From Macrostomum lignano (taxonomy: Eukaryota), in assembly GCA_002269645.1 (NCBI GenBank), contig NIVC01001759.1, positions 1 through 64,000 on the forward strand: a stretch of 64,000 nt of DNA, written 5' to 3'. Below, piece after piece: positions 47,462 to 61,462 of the stretch. The notes under the pieces are model-generated. The model had not been told where the DNA came from and searched no databases. It worked only from the letters and a program-made list of their open reading frames with translations. A program made the translations under genes and the position numbers. Position 1 is the first letter of the stretch, and every line of letters begins with the position of its first letter.

Positions 47462-49290
47462 AGCTTGAGTAGATTGGGTAGATTGAGTAGATTGAGTAGA
47501 TTGAGTAGCTTGATTAAGTAGAATAAGTAGATTGAGTAGATTGAGTAGATTGAGTAGATTGGGTAGATTGAGTAGATTGAGTAGATTGAGTAGCTTGATT
47601 AAGTAGAATAAGTAGATTGAGTAGATTGAGTAGATTGAGTAGATTGGCTAGATTGAGTAGATTGAGTAGATTGAGTAGATTGAGTAGATTGAGTAGATTG
47701 AGTAGATTGAGTAGATTGGCTATATTGAGTAGATTGGGTAGATTGGGTAGATTGAGTAGATTGAGTAGATTGAGTAGATTGGCTAGATTGAGTAGATTGA
47801 GTAGATTGAGTAGCTTGATTAAGTAGAATAAGTAGATTGAGTAGATTGAGTAGATTGAGTAGCTTGATTAAGTAGAATAAGTAGATTGAGTAGATTGAGT
47901 AGATTGAGTAGCTTGATTAAGTAGAATAAGTAGATTGAGTAGATTGAGTATATTGAGTAGCTTGATTAAGTAGAATAAGTAGATTGAGTAGATTGAGTAG
48001 ATTGAGTAGATTGGCTAGATTGAGTAGATTGAGTAGATTGAGTAGATTGAGTAGATTGAGTAGATTGGCTATATTGAGTAGATTGGGTAGATTGAGTAGA
48101 TTGAGTAGATTGAGTAGATTGGCTAGATTGAGTAGATTGAGTAGATTGAGTAGCTTGATTAAGTAGAATAAGTAGATTGAGTAGATTGAGTAGATTGAGT
48201 AGATTGAGTAGATTGAGTAGATTGAGTAGATTGAGTAGATTGGCTATATTGAGTAGATTGGGTAGATTGGGTAGATTGAGTAGATTGAGTAGATTGAGTA
48301 GATTGAGTAGATTGGCTAGATTGAGTAGATTGAGTAGATTGAGTAGCTTGATTAAGTAGAATAAGTAGATTGAGTAGATTGAGTAGATTGAGTAGCTTGA
48401 TTAAGTAGAATAAGTAGATTGAGTAGATTGAGTAGATTGAGTAGCTTGATTAAGTAGAATAAGTAGATTGAGTAGATTGAGTAGATTGAGTAGCTTGATT
48501 AAGTAGAATAAGTAGATTGAGTAGATTGAGTAGATTGAGTAGATTGGCTAGATTGAGTAGATTGAGTAGATTGAGTAGATTGAGTAGATTGAGTAGATTG
48601 GCTATATTGAGTAGATTGGGTAGATTGGGTAGATTGAGTAGATTGAGTAGATTGAGTAGATTGGCTAGATTGAGTAGATTGAGTAGATTGAGTAGCTTGA
48701 TTAAGTAGAATAAGTAGATTGAGTAGATTGAGTAGATTGAGTAGATTGAGTAGATTGAGTAGATTGAGTAGATTGAGTAGATTGGCTATATTGAGTAGAT
48801 TGGGTAGATTGGGTAGATTGAGTAGATTGAGTAGATTGAGTAGATTGAGTAGATTGGCTAGATTGAGTAGATTGAGTAGATTGAGTAGCTTGATTAAGTA
48901 GAATAAGTAGATTGAGTAGATTGAGTAGATTGAGTAGATTGGCTAGATTGAGTAGATTGGCTAGATTGAGTAGATTGGCTAGATTGAGTAGATTAGCTAG
49001 ATTGAGTAGACTGAGTAGATTGAGTAGATTGGCTAGATTGGGTAGACTGAGTAGATTGAGTAGATCGGCTATATTGAGTAGACTGAGTAGATTGAGTAGA
49101 TTGGCTAGATTGGGTAGACTGAGTAGATTGAGTAGATTGGCTAGATTGAGTAGACTGAGTAGATTGAGTAGATTGGCTAGATTGAGTAGACTGAGTAGAT
49201 TGAGTAGATTGGCTAGATTGAGTAGATTGAGTAGATTGAGTAGAATGAGTAGATTGAGTGTGAGTAGATCGGCTCGATTGAGTAGAGTGA
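47462..49290 (+). repeat. 9-nt repeat (TGAGTAGAT)n with punctuation units and ~540-nt higher-order duplication
   Basis: Recurrent GCTTGATTAAGTAGAATAAGT spacer. ORF-track starts at 47984/48517 and 48177/48719 are spaced 533 and 542 nt. Confidence 0.95.
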
Positions 49291-50969
49291 GAAGTTAGAA
49301 TGGAAGCAGAAGGCAGAGCATTGAAAATAGATAAAAGCATAATGACGCACACCAGCAGGTTACAGTTTCATATCTGATAGAGTTAGTGTATAACAGACAG
49401 AAGAGCGAGTAATCCAGTTAGCCCTGTCGGAGCGCGCAGAACAAAACTGGGAAGCCAATCTCGAATCTCCCCAAAAAAACACACCTGCAAAACCACACTG
49501 CAATTTCCCCTTTCTCTCATTCTTCCCATAGCCTCGTATAGGCCATGAGACTCCGAGCTGCAGAGGTGAGTATAGATCATGTTTCCGCAGCAAAAGAATA
49601 ACACAACACAGCTTAGGGCTCCGCCCCCTTTTTTGTTCTCAGATTTTTCATTTATATTATTTGGCCTGTCGCTGCTCCAATGGCATATTATAAAACTCAA
49701 GATTACTACAATTGACAGTCAATTGTTGAGAACAAGTGGAGCGGAGAGTGCAGGAGAAATTAACTGTGTGTGTTTTTTGGCAACATTGCATAATTGGGGA
49801 GGACTGCTGTTGAAGTTGAAAGTTGAGAAGTAGGGTGAGCGTTTAACTGGAACTGACAGGGCATGACGCGCTTATTATTGGCCGCTATCAACAGTCGAAT
49901 TTGTCTATTCTCAAAAATACGAGTATTCTATTACTCTAATGCACTATATACGCTCGTACTTAGTAAGGAAAGTCATAATTAAATTGAGTTTTTTTAATGA
50001 CAAAGCTTTTAACCAGCCGAGAAAGTTTCTGTAAATGCTATTATACGGTGCGTATACTCGTTACATGTATGCTTTACCAACCTTAGCCCAAAATGTGTAT
50101 ATGGGAGCGAGGGACCTACAGACCAGAGACGAGACAGCCAGACAGACACTGTGGGCAGGAAATAATGCTGAGAAATGTAGAGCTGACCAGAGGCGCCAGC
50201 TGCAGAGAGCACCAGGAGTTCTAGATAGAGTATCTGGAGCGGCGCAGATGGACACTTTGACTGAGGGAGAAGCCCCTGCCCACTAACCATAGACTATTTC
50301 TAAATAGACAGTCAATGGCCTAAAACGGGGCTTCGGCCATAGACAGTTCGTTGTTGTATCAACTAATTAATTGTCAACTGCTTTCTCTACGAGGTAATTA
50401 ACAAGCATTAATACGTCTATGGCTATTAACAGGCACAGGTTTTAGTTGGCCAGGCAAAAAAGGCCATGGTACAATTACAATTACAGATTACAAAAGACGA
50501 TTACAATGGTACAGTTACAAGTAGAGCCTATGTTTCCTGGTCCAGATCTCTAGAGTATTAGACATCCATGGCGGAGAATGCGCACAGAGTGGCTGACTAC
50601 ACCAGGGGGGGGGGGTGATGACGCCAGGGCGCCCTTTTGACTGCTTCTCGCTCTGTGGGGGGGGTCGGTTCTTGTCGGCGGGGAGTCTGTAGGAGGTACG
50701 CTCGGAGTCTGCCGCGTGTCGCCATCAAGTGGAGAGACGGCACTGCGACAGTGGTCCTCTCCAACTGCTACTGCTGCTGAGTGCCATGCTCTCTCGGATT
50801 CTGCACCATTCTCCCTATATTAGGAGGTAAGCGTATTTGTTAATAACTGGCAAATATGCCAATTTTCATATTTTTCATAATCATAAACATTACAGCTTTC
50901 AATAGCAGGAGCAATCGCCAAGGCCCTTAAGCCAAGCTGCTGAGGGAACCCTGGAAGGATTTGGGAATC

Positions 50970-51885
50970 TATCCGGCCTTCGGGTCCTTTAAAATTTCAC
51001 AATAGTAATCCGGCTAGCTTTAGGTTTGTGTCTCTTCTCAGCTCTCTTCTGTCTCCTCTCCTCTCCTCTCCTCTACTCTCCTCTCCTCTCCTCTCCTCTC
51101 CTCTCCTCTCCTCTCCTCTCCTCTCCTCTCCTCTCCTCTCCTCTCCTCTCCTCTCCTCTCCTCTCCTCTCCTCTCCTCTCCTCTCCTCTCCTCTCCTCTC
51201 CTCTCCTCTCCTCTCCTCTCCTCTCTCCTCTCCTCTCCTCTCCTCTCCTCTCCTCTCCTCTCTCCTCTCCTCTCTCTCCTCTCCTCTCCTCTCCTCTCCT
51301 CTCCTCTCCTCTCCTCTCCTCTCCTCTCCTCTCCTCTCCTCTCCTCTCCTCTCCTCTCCTCTCCTCTCCTCTCCTCTCCTCTCCTCTCCTCTCCTCTCCT
51401 CTCCTCTCCTCTCTCCTCTCTCTCCTCTCCTCTCCTCTCCTCTCCTCTCCTCTCCTCTCCTCTCCTCTCCTCTCCTCTCCTCTCCTCTCCTCTCCTCTCC
51501 TCTCCTCTCCTCTCCTCTCCTCTCCTCTCTCTCTCCTCTCCTCTCCTCTCCTCTCCTCTCCTCTCCTCTCCTCTCCTCTCCTCTCCTCTCCTCTCCTCTC
51601 CTCTCCTCTCCTCTCCTCTCCTCTCCTCCTCTCCTCTCCTCTCTCCTCTCCTCTCCTCTCCTCTCCTCTCCTCTCCTCTCCTCTCCTCTCCTCTCCTCTC
51701 CTCTCCTCTCCTCTCCTCTCCTCTCCTCTCCTCTCCTCTCCTCTCCTCTCCTCTCCTCTCCTCTCGTCTCCCCTCTTCTCCTTAGTTCCCTAGCCTCTCC
51801 TTTCTCCTATCTCTCTTCCCTATTCCCTCTCCCCTCTGCCCTCCTCTGGGCCCCATTCATGCGCTGGGTTCTCTATCTGTCTCCT
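50970..51885 (+). mobile_element. Degenerate family B MITE copy 3 with ~750-bp internal (CTCTC)n expansion
   Basis: Left flank ATCCGGCCTTCGGGTCCTTTAAAATTTCACAA resembles 35185-35217. Right flank CATTCATGCGCTGGGTTCTCTATCTG resembles the reverse complement of 25161-25187. TIRs are no longer recognisable. Confidence 0.65.
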
Positions 51886-53499
51886 GCTCCAGAGTTTAGA
51901 AATGACCGAGAATTTTGTGCCTGTTAGACTTACCTTGATTCGCCCGCCTGCACCAGCACCATCCGACTGTTTCCGCTTGAAATCGGTTTGGGAAATCTCC
52001 CCCCGTCGCCCTGTTTTTAGCTTTGCCTTCCATTGCGTGACTGCCGGGATCTTTGCTGGGTGGCCTTCGCCTGTCCCTGCCTTTGCCTGCTTCTTTCTTC
52101 TCAAAACGGATTTGTGTCCCTTTACCCCGACGCCACCCCAGCTGTCTTTTCAGAAGCAGCAGCAGCAGCAGCAAAAAAGCGCAGCAACTTTGAAGAGGTT
52201 GAGTAGCGAGTCGTCTTTTTTGTGTAAAAAAATCCAAGCATTCGATAAGGGAAACCGCGTAGCGAGAATCTTTGAAATCCTATATTGGATTTTTCCCACT
52301 CCACCCAACACCTCAAGTCGCTGGAGCGCGATGGGAGGCGAGCTCTTAGGGAATGCGCGATGTCTTTTGTTCAGGCCAGCCTCCCAAGTAGCTTTGCGAC
52401 TGCCCTGTCAGATCTGCTACCTGTTGGATCTTGCAGGCCCGTCCGTTTTGTTGGTCGGCCTTCCAAAGTCAGCTGATCTGGTCGGAGTTCACCTTTGCCT
52501 TCTACTCTCTCCTCTCTCTAATCTCGCCCCTTCTATTCTCTCCTGCCTACTCTCGTCTCTGCCCTCAACTCTCTCCTCTATCTACTCTAACCCCATCTAC
52601 TCTCTCATTTATACTCACTCCTATCTACTATCTCCCCTCTAATCAGTCTCTTTTGCAACCAGATAAAATAATGACTATTTAAAAAAACATCGAATCAGTT
52701 TCTTTTTGTACAAAAAAACAGGTTTATGAGATAAAATTATTAGGCAAAGAAGCCGGGAAACTCCAAATTTGAATATTTCTGGCGGTATTTATCCCCCATT
52801 CGTCTGTTCCAACCGCTATAATCCTGTGGATCTTGCTAAAGCTGCCCCCCTTGTCTATTAAGGGTACCAGCAGGTACCCAGTTGACCAAATTTGCGTGTG
52901 TGCGGGCCCGACTACCTCAGCCAAAAACCCATTGTGTGTTTCAGCCAGAGGCTAACAATTTTTTTGGTTTTAACTAACTATTGCAGCAATTTCAATTTGT
53001 TTTGCATTTTTTGTTTCACAAGACTTTCACCCCCGCTCAACGGGACCCATTGAGCATTCTGTCTCTCTCTCTGGGAGAAAAACCCAGTTATTAACTGCGT
53101 CACCAAAGTTCTGCTTCAACCAACCCACTTCTGATTTCAAGCCACGCCCACCTAAAACTCTTAACAATTGTCTGTATTATTTTTACTCTAACGACTTTTT
53201 TGTTATACATAAGCAGAGCTGAAGCGCCGCTCCCGTTCTAACCTGGACGGATAATTATGGGATAATCCGCTGTGTGCTTCATCCTCCGTTGAATTTGTAC
53301 CTATATGCTAGCAATTTTGAGCTTAATGTTGCTTTAGAAGCCCAGTCAGTGTAATTTTATCAGACAACTCTTCTTCTGGTCGAATGGAGCTCTGAGTATT
53401 GACTTTCAGTGGGTTTTTTGTGGTCTTTGGGTGATAGTGCAACACCTGGACACACCCAGATAAACACTAAGACATTAAGAATAACACCAAGACACTGAA

Positions 53500-56400
53500 A
53501 TAAGCACCTAAAACACTGAGATAAACACTGAGACACGGAGATAAACACTGAGACACTGAGATAAACACTGAGACTCTGAGATAGACACTGAGACACTGAG
53601 ATAAACACTGAGACACTGAGATAAGCACTGAGACACTGAGATAAGCACTGAGACTCTGAGATAAGCACCGAGACACTGAGATAAACACTGAGACACTGAG
53701 ATAAGCACTGAGACTCTGAGATAAGCACTGAGACTCTGAGATAAGCACCGAGACACTGAGATAAGCACTGAGACACTGAGATAAGCACTGAGACTCTGAG
53801 ATAAGCACTGAGACTCTGAGATAAACACTGAGACACTGAGATAAACACTGAGACACTGATATAAACACTGAGACACTGAGATAAACACTGAGACACTGAT
53901 ATAAGCACCGAGACACTGAGATAAACACTGAGACACTGATATAAACACTGAGACACTGAGATAAACACTGAGACACTGAGGTAAGCACCGAGACACTGAG
54001 ATAAACACTGAGACACTGATATAAACACTGAGACACTGAGATAAACATTGAGACACTGAGATAAACACTGAGACACTGAGATAAACACCGAGACACTGAG
54101 GTAAGCACCGAGACACTGATATAAACACTGAGACACTGATATAAACACTGAGACACTGAGATAAACACTGAGACACTGAGATAAACACTGAGACACTGAT
54201 ATAAACACTGAGACACTGAGATAAGCACTGAGACACTGAGATAAGCACTGAGACTCTGAGATAAGCACCGAGACACTGAGATAAGCACTGAGACACTGAG
54301 ATAAGCACCGAGACACTGAGATAAGCACTGAGACACTGAGATAAGCACTGAGACTCTGAGATAAGCACTGAGACTCTGAGATAAACACTGAGACACTGAG
54401 ATAAACACAGACACTGATATAAACACTGAGACACTGAGATAAGCACCGAGACACTGAGATAAACACTGAGACACTGATATAAACACTGAGACACTGAGAT
54501 AAACACTGAGACACTGAGATAAACACTGAGACACTGATATAAACACTGAGACACTGAGATAAACACTGAGACACTGAGATAAACATTGAGACACTGAGAT
54601 AAACACTGAGACACTGAGATAAACACTGAGACACTGAGATAAACACCGAGACACTGAGGTAAGCACCGAGACACTGATATAAACACTGAGACACTGATAT
54701 AAACACTGAGACACTGAGATAAACACTGAGACTCTGAGATAAGCACCGAGACACTGAGATAAACACTGAGACACTGATATAAACATTGAGACACTGAGAT
54801 AAACACTGAGACACTGAGATAAACACTGAGACACTGAGGTAAGCACCGAGACACTGAGATAAACACTGAGACACTGATATAAACACTGAGACACTGAGAT
54901 AAACACTGAGACACTGAGGTAAGCACCGAGACACTGAGATAAACACTGAGACACTGATATAAACACTGAGACACTGAGATAAACATTGAGACACTGAGAT
55001 AAACACTGAGACACTGAGATAAACACTGAGACACTGAGATAAACACCGAGACACTGAGGTAAGCACCGAGACACTGATATAAACACTGAGACACTGATAT
55101 AAACACTGAGACACTGAGATAAACACTGAGACACTGAGATAAACACTGAGACACTGATATAAACACTGAGACACTGAGATAAGCACTGAGACACTGAGAT
55201 AAGCACCGAGACACTGAGATAAACACTGAGACACTGATATAAACATTGAGACACTGAGATAAACACGAAGACACTGAGATAAGCACCGAGACTCTGAGAT
55301 AAGCACCGAGACACTGAGATAAGCACTGAGACTCTGAGATAAACACTGAGACTCTGAGATAAACACTGAGACACTGAGATAAACACTGAGACACTGAGAT
55401 AAACACTGAGACACTGAGATAAACACTGAGACACTGAGATAAACACCGAGACACTGAGGTAAGCACCGAGACACTGAGATAAACACTGAGACACTGATAT
55501 AAACACTGAGACACTGAGATAAACACTGAGACACTGAGATAAGCACCGAGACACTGAGATAAACACTGAGACACTGATATAAACACTGAGACACTGAGAT
55601 AAACACTGAGACACTGAGGTAAGCACCGAGACACTGAGATAAACACTGAGACACTGATATAAACACTGAGACACTGAGATAAACACTGAGACACTGAGAT
55701 AAACATTGAGACACTGAGATAAACACTGAGACACTGAGATAAACACTGAGACACTGAGATAAACACCGAGACACTGAGGTAAGCACCGAGACACTGATAT
55801 AAACACTGAGACACTGATATAAACACTGAGACACTGATATAAACACTGAGACTCTGAGATAAGCACCGAGACACTGATATAAACACTGAGACTCTGAGAT
55901 AAGCACTGAGACACTGAGATAAACACTGAGACACTGAGATAAACACCGAGACACTGAGGTAAGCACCGAGACACTGATATAAACACTGAGACACTGAGAT
56001 AAACACTGAGACTCTGAGATAAGCACCGAGACACTGAGATAAACACTGAGACACTGATATAAACACTGAGACACTGAGATAAACACTGAGACACTGAGAT
56101 AAACACTGAGACACTGATATAAACACTGAGACACTGAGATAAACACTGAGACACTGAGATAAACATTGAGACACTGAGATAAACACTGAGACACTGAGAT
56201 AAACACTGAGACACTGAGATAAACACCGAGACACTGAGGTAAGCACCGAGACACTGATATAAACACTGAGACACTGATATAAACACTGAGACACTGAGAT
56301 AAACACTGAGACTCTGAGATAAGCACCGAGACACTGAGATAAACACTGAGACACTGATATAAACATTGAGACACTGAGATAAACACTGAGACACTGAGAT

Positions 56401-57450
56401 AAACACTGAGACACTGAGGTAAGCACCGAGACACTGAGATAAACACTGAGACACTGATATAAACACTGAGACACTGAGATAAACACTGAGACACTGAGAT
56501 AAACACTGAGACACTGAGATAAACACTGAGACACTGAGATAAACACCGAGACACTGAGGTAAGCACCGAGACACTGATATAAACACTGAGACACTGAGAT
56601 AAACACTGAGACTCTGAGATAAGCACCGAGACACTGAGATAAACACTGAGACACTGATATAAACACTGAGACACTGAGATAAACACTGAGACACTGAGAT
56701 AAACACTGAGACACTGATATAAACACTGAGACACTGAGATAAACACTGAGACACTGAGATAAACACTGAGACACTGAGATAAACATTGAGACACTGAGAT
56801 AAACACTGAGACACTGAGATAAACACTGAGACACTGAGATAAACACCGAGACACTGAGGTAAGCACCGAGACACTGAGATAAACACTGAGACACTGATAT
56901 AAACACTGAGACACTGAGATAAACACTGAGACTCTGAGATAAGCACCGAGACACTGAGATAAACACTGAGACACTGATATAAACACTGAGACACTGAGAT
57001 AAGCACCGAGACACTGAGATAAACACTGAGACACTGATATAAACACTGAGACACTGAGATAAGCACTGAGACACTGAGATAAGCACTGAGACACTGAGAT
57101 AAGCACCGAGACACTGAGATAAACACTGAGACACTGATATAAACACTGAGACACTGAGATAAGCACTGAGACACTGAGATAAGCACCGAGACACTGAGAT
57201 AAACACTGAGACACTGATATAAACACTGAGACACTGAGATAAGCACTGAGACTCTGAGATAAACACTGAGACACTGAGATAAGCACTGAGACTCTGAGAT
57301 AAACACTGGGACACTGAGATAAGCACCGAGACACTGAGATAAACACTGAGACACTGATATAAACACTGAGACACTGAGATAAGCACTGAGACTCTGAGAT
57401 AAACACTGAGACACTGAGATAAGCACTGAGACTCTGAGATAAACACTGGG
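53500..57450 (+). repeat. ~3.95-kb 20-nt minisatellite (ACACTGAGATAAACACTGAG, a dimer of 10-mers) with higher-order variant patterns
   Basis: Direct reading; degenerate units at the left edge (~53440-53520), sharp right edge. Confidence 0.97.
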
Positions 57451-59167
57451 ATGTAGTAAACAGCATATGCACAACCCCACATACCATGGTAGTGAGGTGG
57501 CAATTTTATATTCACTCAGAATTATTAAAACACTATGAGCAAGTCAAGCCAAACGATGTTTGAGCATGCAAAAGCGAAGCTCATAAAATTCTCAAATTCA
57601 GGAGCGAGAGAGCTGCTCCTGAAAAAACGCACACCCCATCTCAGAAGATTATCAACCCGAAAAAAAACAGTTTTTATGGCCCAACAATTTTACTGCTTGA
57701 ATGTCTGAAGTTGCCGCTAGTACAGTCGGAATGGGGTGTCAACAGACGCCTTGCGGGTGAACACCTATAACTCCGAAGTATGTACGCGCGTATAGAAGAA
57801 TATATATGTATAAATAAGAGATAGGGGAATTAAGCGATGGGATAAAGAAAATCTGGAACGGGATGAGGCTAGGGGTTTTTTGAGCTTGCGGGGTTTGAGT
57901 TGTAAGTTTTTTATGTCAGCCTCAGCCTCCACCGCTGGGATTTCGTGGCATCTGGACATCATTAATAAATATGAGCACGGCGGCAGCTTCCCCGCCTCCC
58001 AATTCCCCCATTCGTAACCTGCGCATCCCGGAAGCCCAGCAGAGGCCGCAATCTCGGTGGCGACTCAATAACCGTTCAAATCTATTTTATCGTTGCTATC
58101 TGGACCAAAGCATTTTTTACTGAATAGTATATTGGGTTTCATTAGTCCTAGGGTGGGACTGGAGGGGAGGGAGAGAGCCCCCCCCCTACATCGAGGCCTA
58201 ACTTTTCAAGAGTCAACTCCCTTACCCGATTTTTATCCCGAACGACTTCTCTGGACGAGGTGTTCGCGTGCTGACACTGGGCGGGCTGCGGCTGATTGAC
58301 AAGTTCACATCCTTCCATAAGCATTACCTGGGGCTAGGAGCTGCTGCTGGCTATATTTATTAGTAGCCTCCCTTCTTCCCTCTCTCTAACCTCCCCCCCG
58401 TTTTTTCAATTGAATTCGCTCGTTCCAACTTCAGTCACGGAAATTCTGGCTTCAATCTGGGATTCTAAATAAGTATTAGCGAAAAATAGTTTCCCATCCC
58501 TTCAAATCAAGGAAGTGCATTGAAGTCTGGCGCTTCCACTATACGAGTATTTGATGTATTGGGGGTGGGGGACAACCGTTGGAAACAAGACCGGACATGA
58601 AATTTGATATACAGGAGAATTCGAAACAACTACTAGCCTGATTGATTGACAGGAAAATTGTCCTAACAACTCAAAAGCGTTTCCTCTGGACATGCCCATG
58701 CGGCCAGATATTCTCTGCATCACTCTCGTTGAGCCAGCTGGCATTCCGCAGCTCATAGTTGCTTGGTGCTGCTGGAGAGTGCGAGATACAAAATATACCC
58801 TAAGCAGATTTCCTCGCTACGCGTACAAAGCACTATTAGAGGACAGTCATTTTCTCCGGCTTTAATTTTATTTATGACACGCTTCCTCATTAAAGAAACG
58901 ACATTTAGAACACGATCAGACAGTTTCAAGATTCTATGGACTAGCATAAAGAAGACCTGTACTGATATAGACAAAGTTTACAGATTTAGTATATGTGGAC
59001 TAGCCACTAAGCTCCCCGCCGGGGAGAGAACCAAAATATGTCTAATAAATGAGTGCATAAGTACAGAAAAACAAGCACCTTTAAACTTGAACTGAAATCT
59101 CGGAAACTCCTCGTTGATACTATAACTTATATTTTAACGAGCTATCTATATATTCGTATAATTTTAG

Positions 59168-59376
59168 CACCAATGGCGCCAAGCGCTGCGCACCGAGCGC
59201 CAAGGACTGCAACGCCAAGTCCAATCCGTCAAAGCGGCACCGGGAGCGGCTCAACGGCGAGCTGGACCACCTGGCCAGCCTGCTACCGTTCGATCAGAGC
59301 GTCATCGCTAAACTTGACAAGCTGTCAATCCTGCGGCTGGCCGTGTCCTACCTGCGGATTAAAGTCTTCTTTCAGA
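59168..59376 (+). CDS. AHR: AHR/spineless orthologue, bHLH exon
   Basis: Acceptor ttttAG 59166-59167, donor GTAAGC 59377. Encodes [53 protein letters not shown], the diagnostic AHR-family bHLH. Confidence 0.95.
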
Positions 59377-59419
59377 GTAAGCGAAACTATGCGTACATGT
59401 ATATCACTTACAGATGGTA

Positions 59420-59580
59420 GAGCTGGCTGTGTACGGATGTTATAGCTGGCTGTGTACGGATGTTATAGCTGGCTGTGTACAGATTTTATAGTTTTCTGTG
59501 TACAGAAGTTAGAGCTGGCTGTGTACAGATTTTAGAGTTGTCTGTGAACAGATGTTACAGTTGGCTGTGTACAGATGACA
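59420..59580 (+). repeat. 23-nt minisatellite (AGCTGGCTGTGTACGGATGTTAT), ~7 copies
   Basis: Direct reading. Confidence 0.85.
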
Positions 59581-60484
59581 AACTTAGCTGTGAACAACTA
59601 CCAGAACTGACAAATTGGTACATCTGTGCCAAATAAACCGAAACAAGATTTCCATTGTTCTCCTGGACTATGCTTCTGAATCAGAAGCAGCCCACACGTG
59701 CCACTCCCACCAAACCGCCCCATTTTCGCCGACTTCAGAAACTCGGGAGTATAGAAACCCGGAAAAAGTGGCACTTTCCTCCTCTGGTATGTAATTATCT
59801 TCCCTTTAAAAACACAGGTATATACTGAGTAGTTTTTAATGACCCAGACTAGTGTGGAATGGAAGGGTGCTGGGATGATAAGGATCAGCGGGGACAGAAT
59901 GGGTATAGGAGGGATTTCCTGCCCTTTAAGGCTGTTAATCAACGCAGCCGGTGCCCTTCAGGACGATTATTATTTAAAAAGGGGGGTCGAGCTGCAGCAT
60001 CCAGAATTGGGAAGAATGACTGGGAGGGGCGGCAAAGTGGAGGGGAGAGAACGGATAGAACCCGCTGAGCTGAGGGGCACCAACATGCCTGGCAGGGGGG
60101 CGGCAGCGACTCAAAACAGCCACTGGGGGGGGGGGCAGGAGCCCGTGTGCATCTACGGGGAGTCCGGGGGGTCCCGCCCGGGTTCGTCCTCGCTTGCCGC
60201 ATGTGGGTCACCCCGCTGTGGCACCGCCTCCAAAACCAGGTGGTGGGGCAGCTCGAGACAAAGAATTCTCTCGGCGGTTTTTTCAACTCAGAGAGCAATT
60301 GTGAAAAAAACTGGTCGCTAAATAGTAAATTAATTTTTCGGCTCCTAAGGAATGGCATCAAAAAACACTACCAGCTTTTTGCTGCTGCGGAAAAACTTTC
60401 TGGAAACTCTGAGGGTGTGCGCTAATGTTGAAATTTTGCCAGAGTTTTCCATAATTTTAGCTCTGGAGCAGTAGCCTAGTAGAG

Positions 60485-61462
60485 GCTGCTGTAGCTACAG
60501 ACTGCATGACAGTAACTGCTGTAGCTACAGACTGTATGACAGTAACTGCTGTAGCTACAGACTGCATGACAGTAACTGCTGTAGCTACAGACTGCATGAC
60601 AGTAACTGCTGTAGCTACAGACTGCATGACAGTAACTGCTGTAGTTACAGATTGCATGACAGTAACTGCTGTAGCTACAGACTGCAGACTGAATGACAGT
60701 AACTGCTGTAGCTACAGACTACAGACTGAATGACAGTAACTGCTGTGGCTACAGACTACAGACTGAATGACAGTAACTGCTGTAGCTTTAGACTACAGAC
60801 TGAATGACAGTAACTGCTGTAGCTACAGACTACAGACTGAATGACAGTAACTGCTGTAGCTACAGACTACAGACTGAATGACAGTAACTGCTGTAGCTTT
60901 AGACTACAGACTGAATGACAGTAACTACTGTGGCTACAGACTACAGACTGAATGACAGTAACTGCTGTAGCTACAGACTACAGACTGAATGACAGTAACT
61001 GCTGTGGCTACAGACTACAGACTGAATAACAGTAACTGCTGTAGCTACATACTACAGACTGAATGACAGTAACTGCTGTAGCTACAGACTACAGACTGAA
61101 TAACAGTAACTGCTGTGGCTACAGACTACAGACTGAATAACAGTAACTGCTGTAGCTACAGACTACAGACTGCATGACAGTAACTGCTGTAGTTACAGGC
61201 TACAGACTGCAGGACAGTAACTGCTATAGCTACAGACTACAGACTGAATGACAGTAACTGCTGTAGCTACAGACTACAGACTGAATGACAGTAACTGCTG
61301 TGGCAACAGACTACAGACTGAATAACAGTAACTGCTGTAGCTACAGACTACAGACTGAATGACAGTAACTGCTGTAGCTACAGACTACAGACTGAATGAC
61401 AGTAACTGCTGTAGCTACAGACTACAGACTGCATGACAGTAACTGCTGTAGCTACAGACTAC
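60485..61462 (+). repeat. 30-nt to 37-nt minisatellite (ATGACAGTAACTGCTGTAGCTACAGACT[ACAGACT]G)
   Basis: Direct reading. Confidence 0.95.

Noticed and set aside
50568-50826. Alternative AHR first exon (ccATGG ... GAG|GTAAGC)
   Set aside because: In-frame TGA after the G run and wrong phase for the bHLH exon. Adding one G fixes the phase but still meets a stop.
53360-57515. Three ~1335-1375-aa minus-strand ORFs
   Set aside because: All three frames are open only because the 20-nt minisatellite lacks stops on that strand. No unique coding sequence or splice context.
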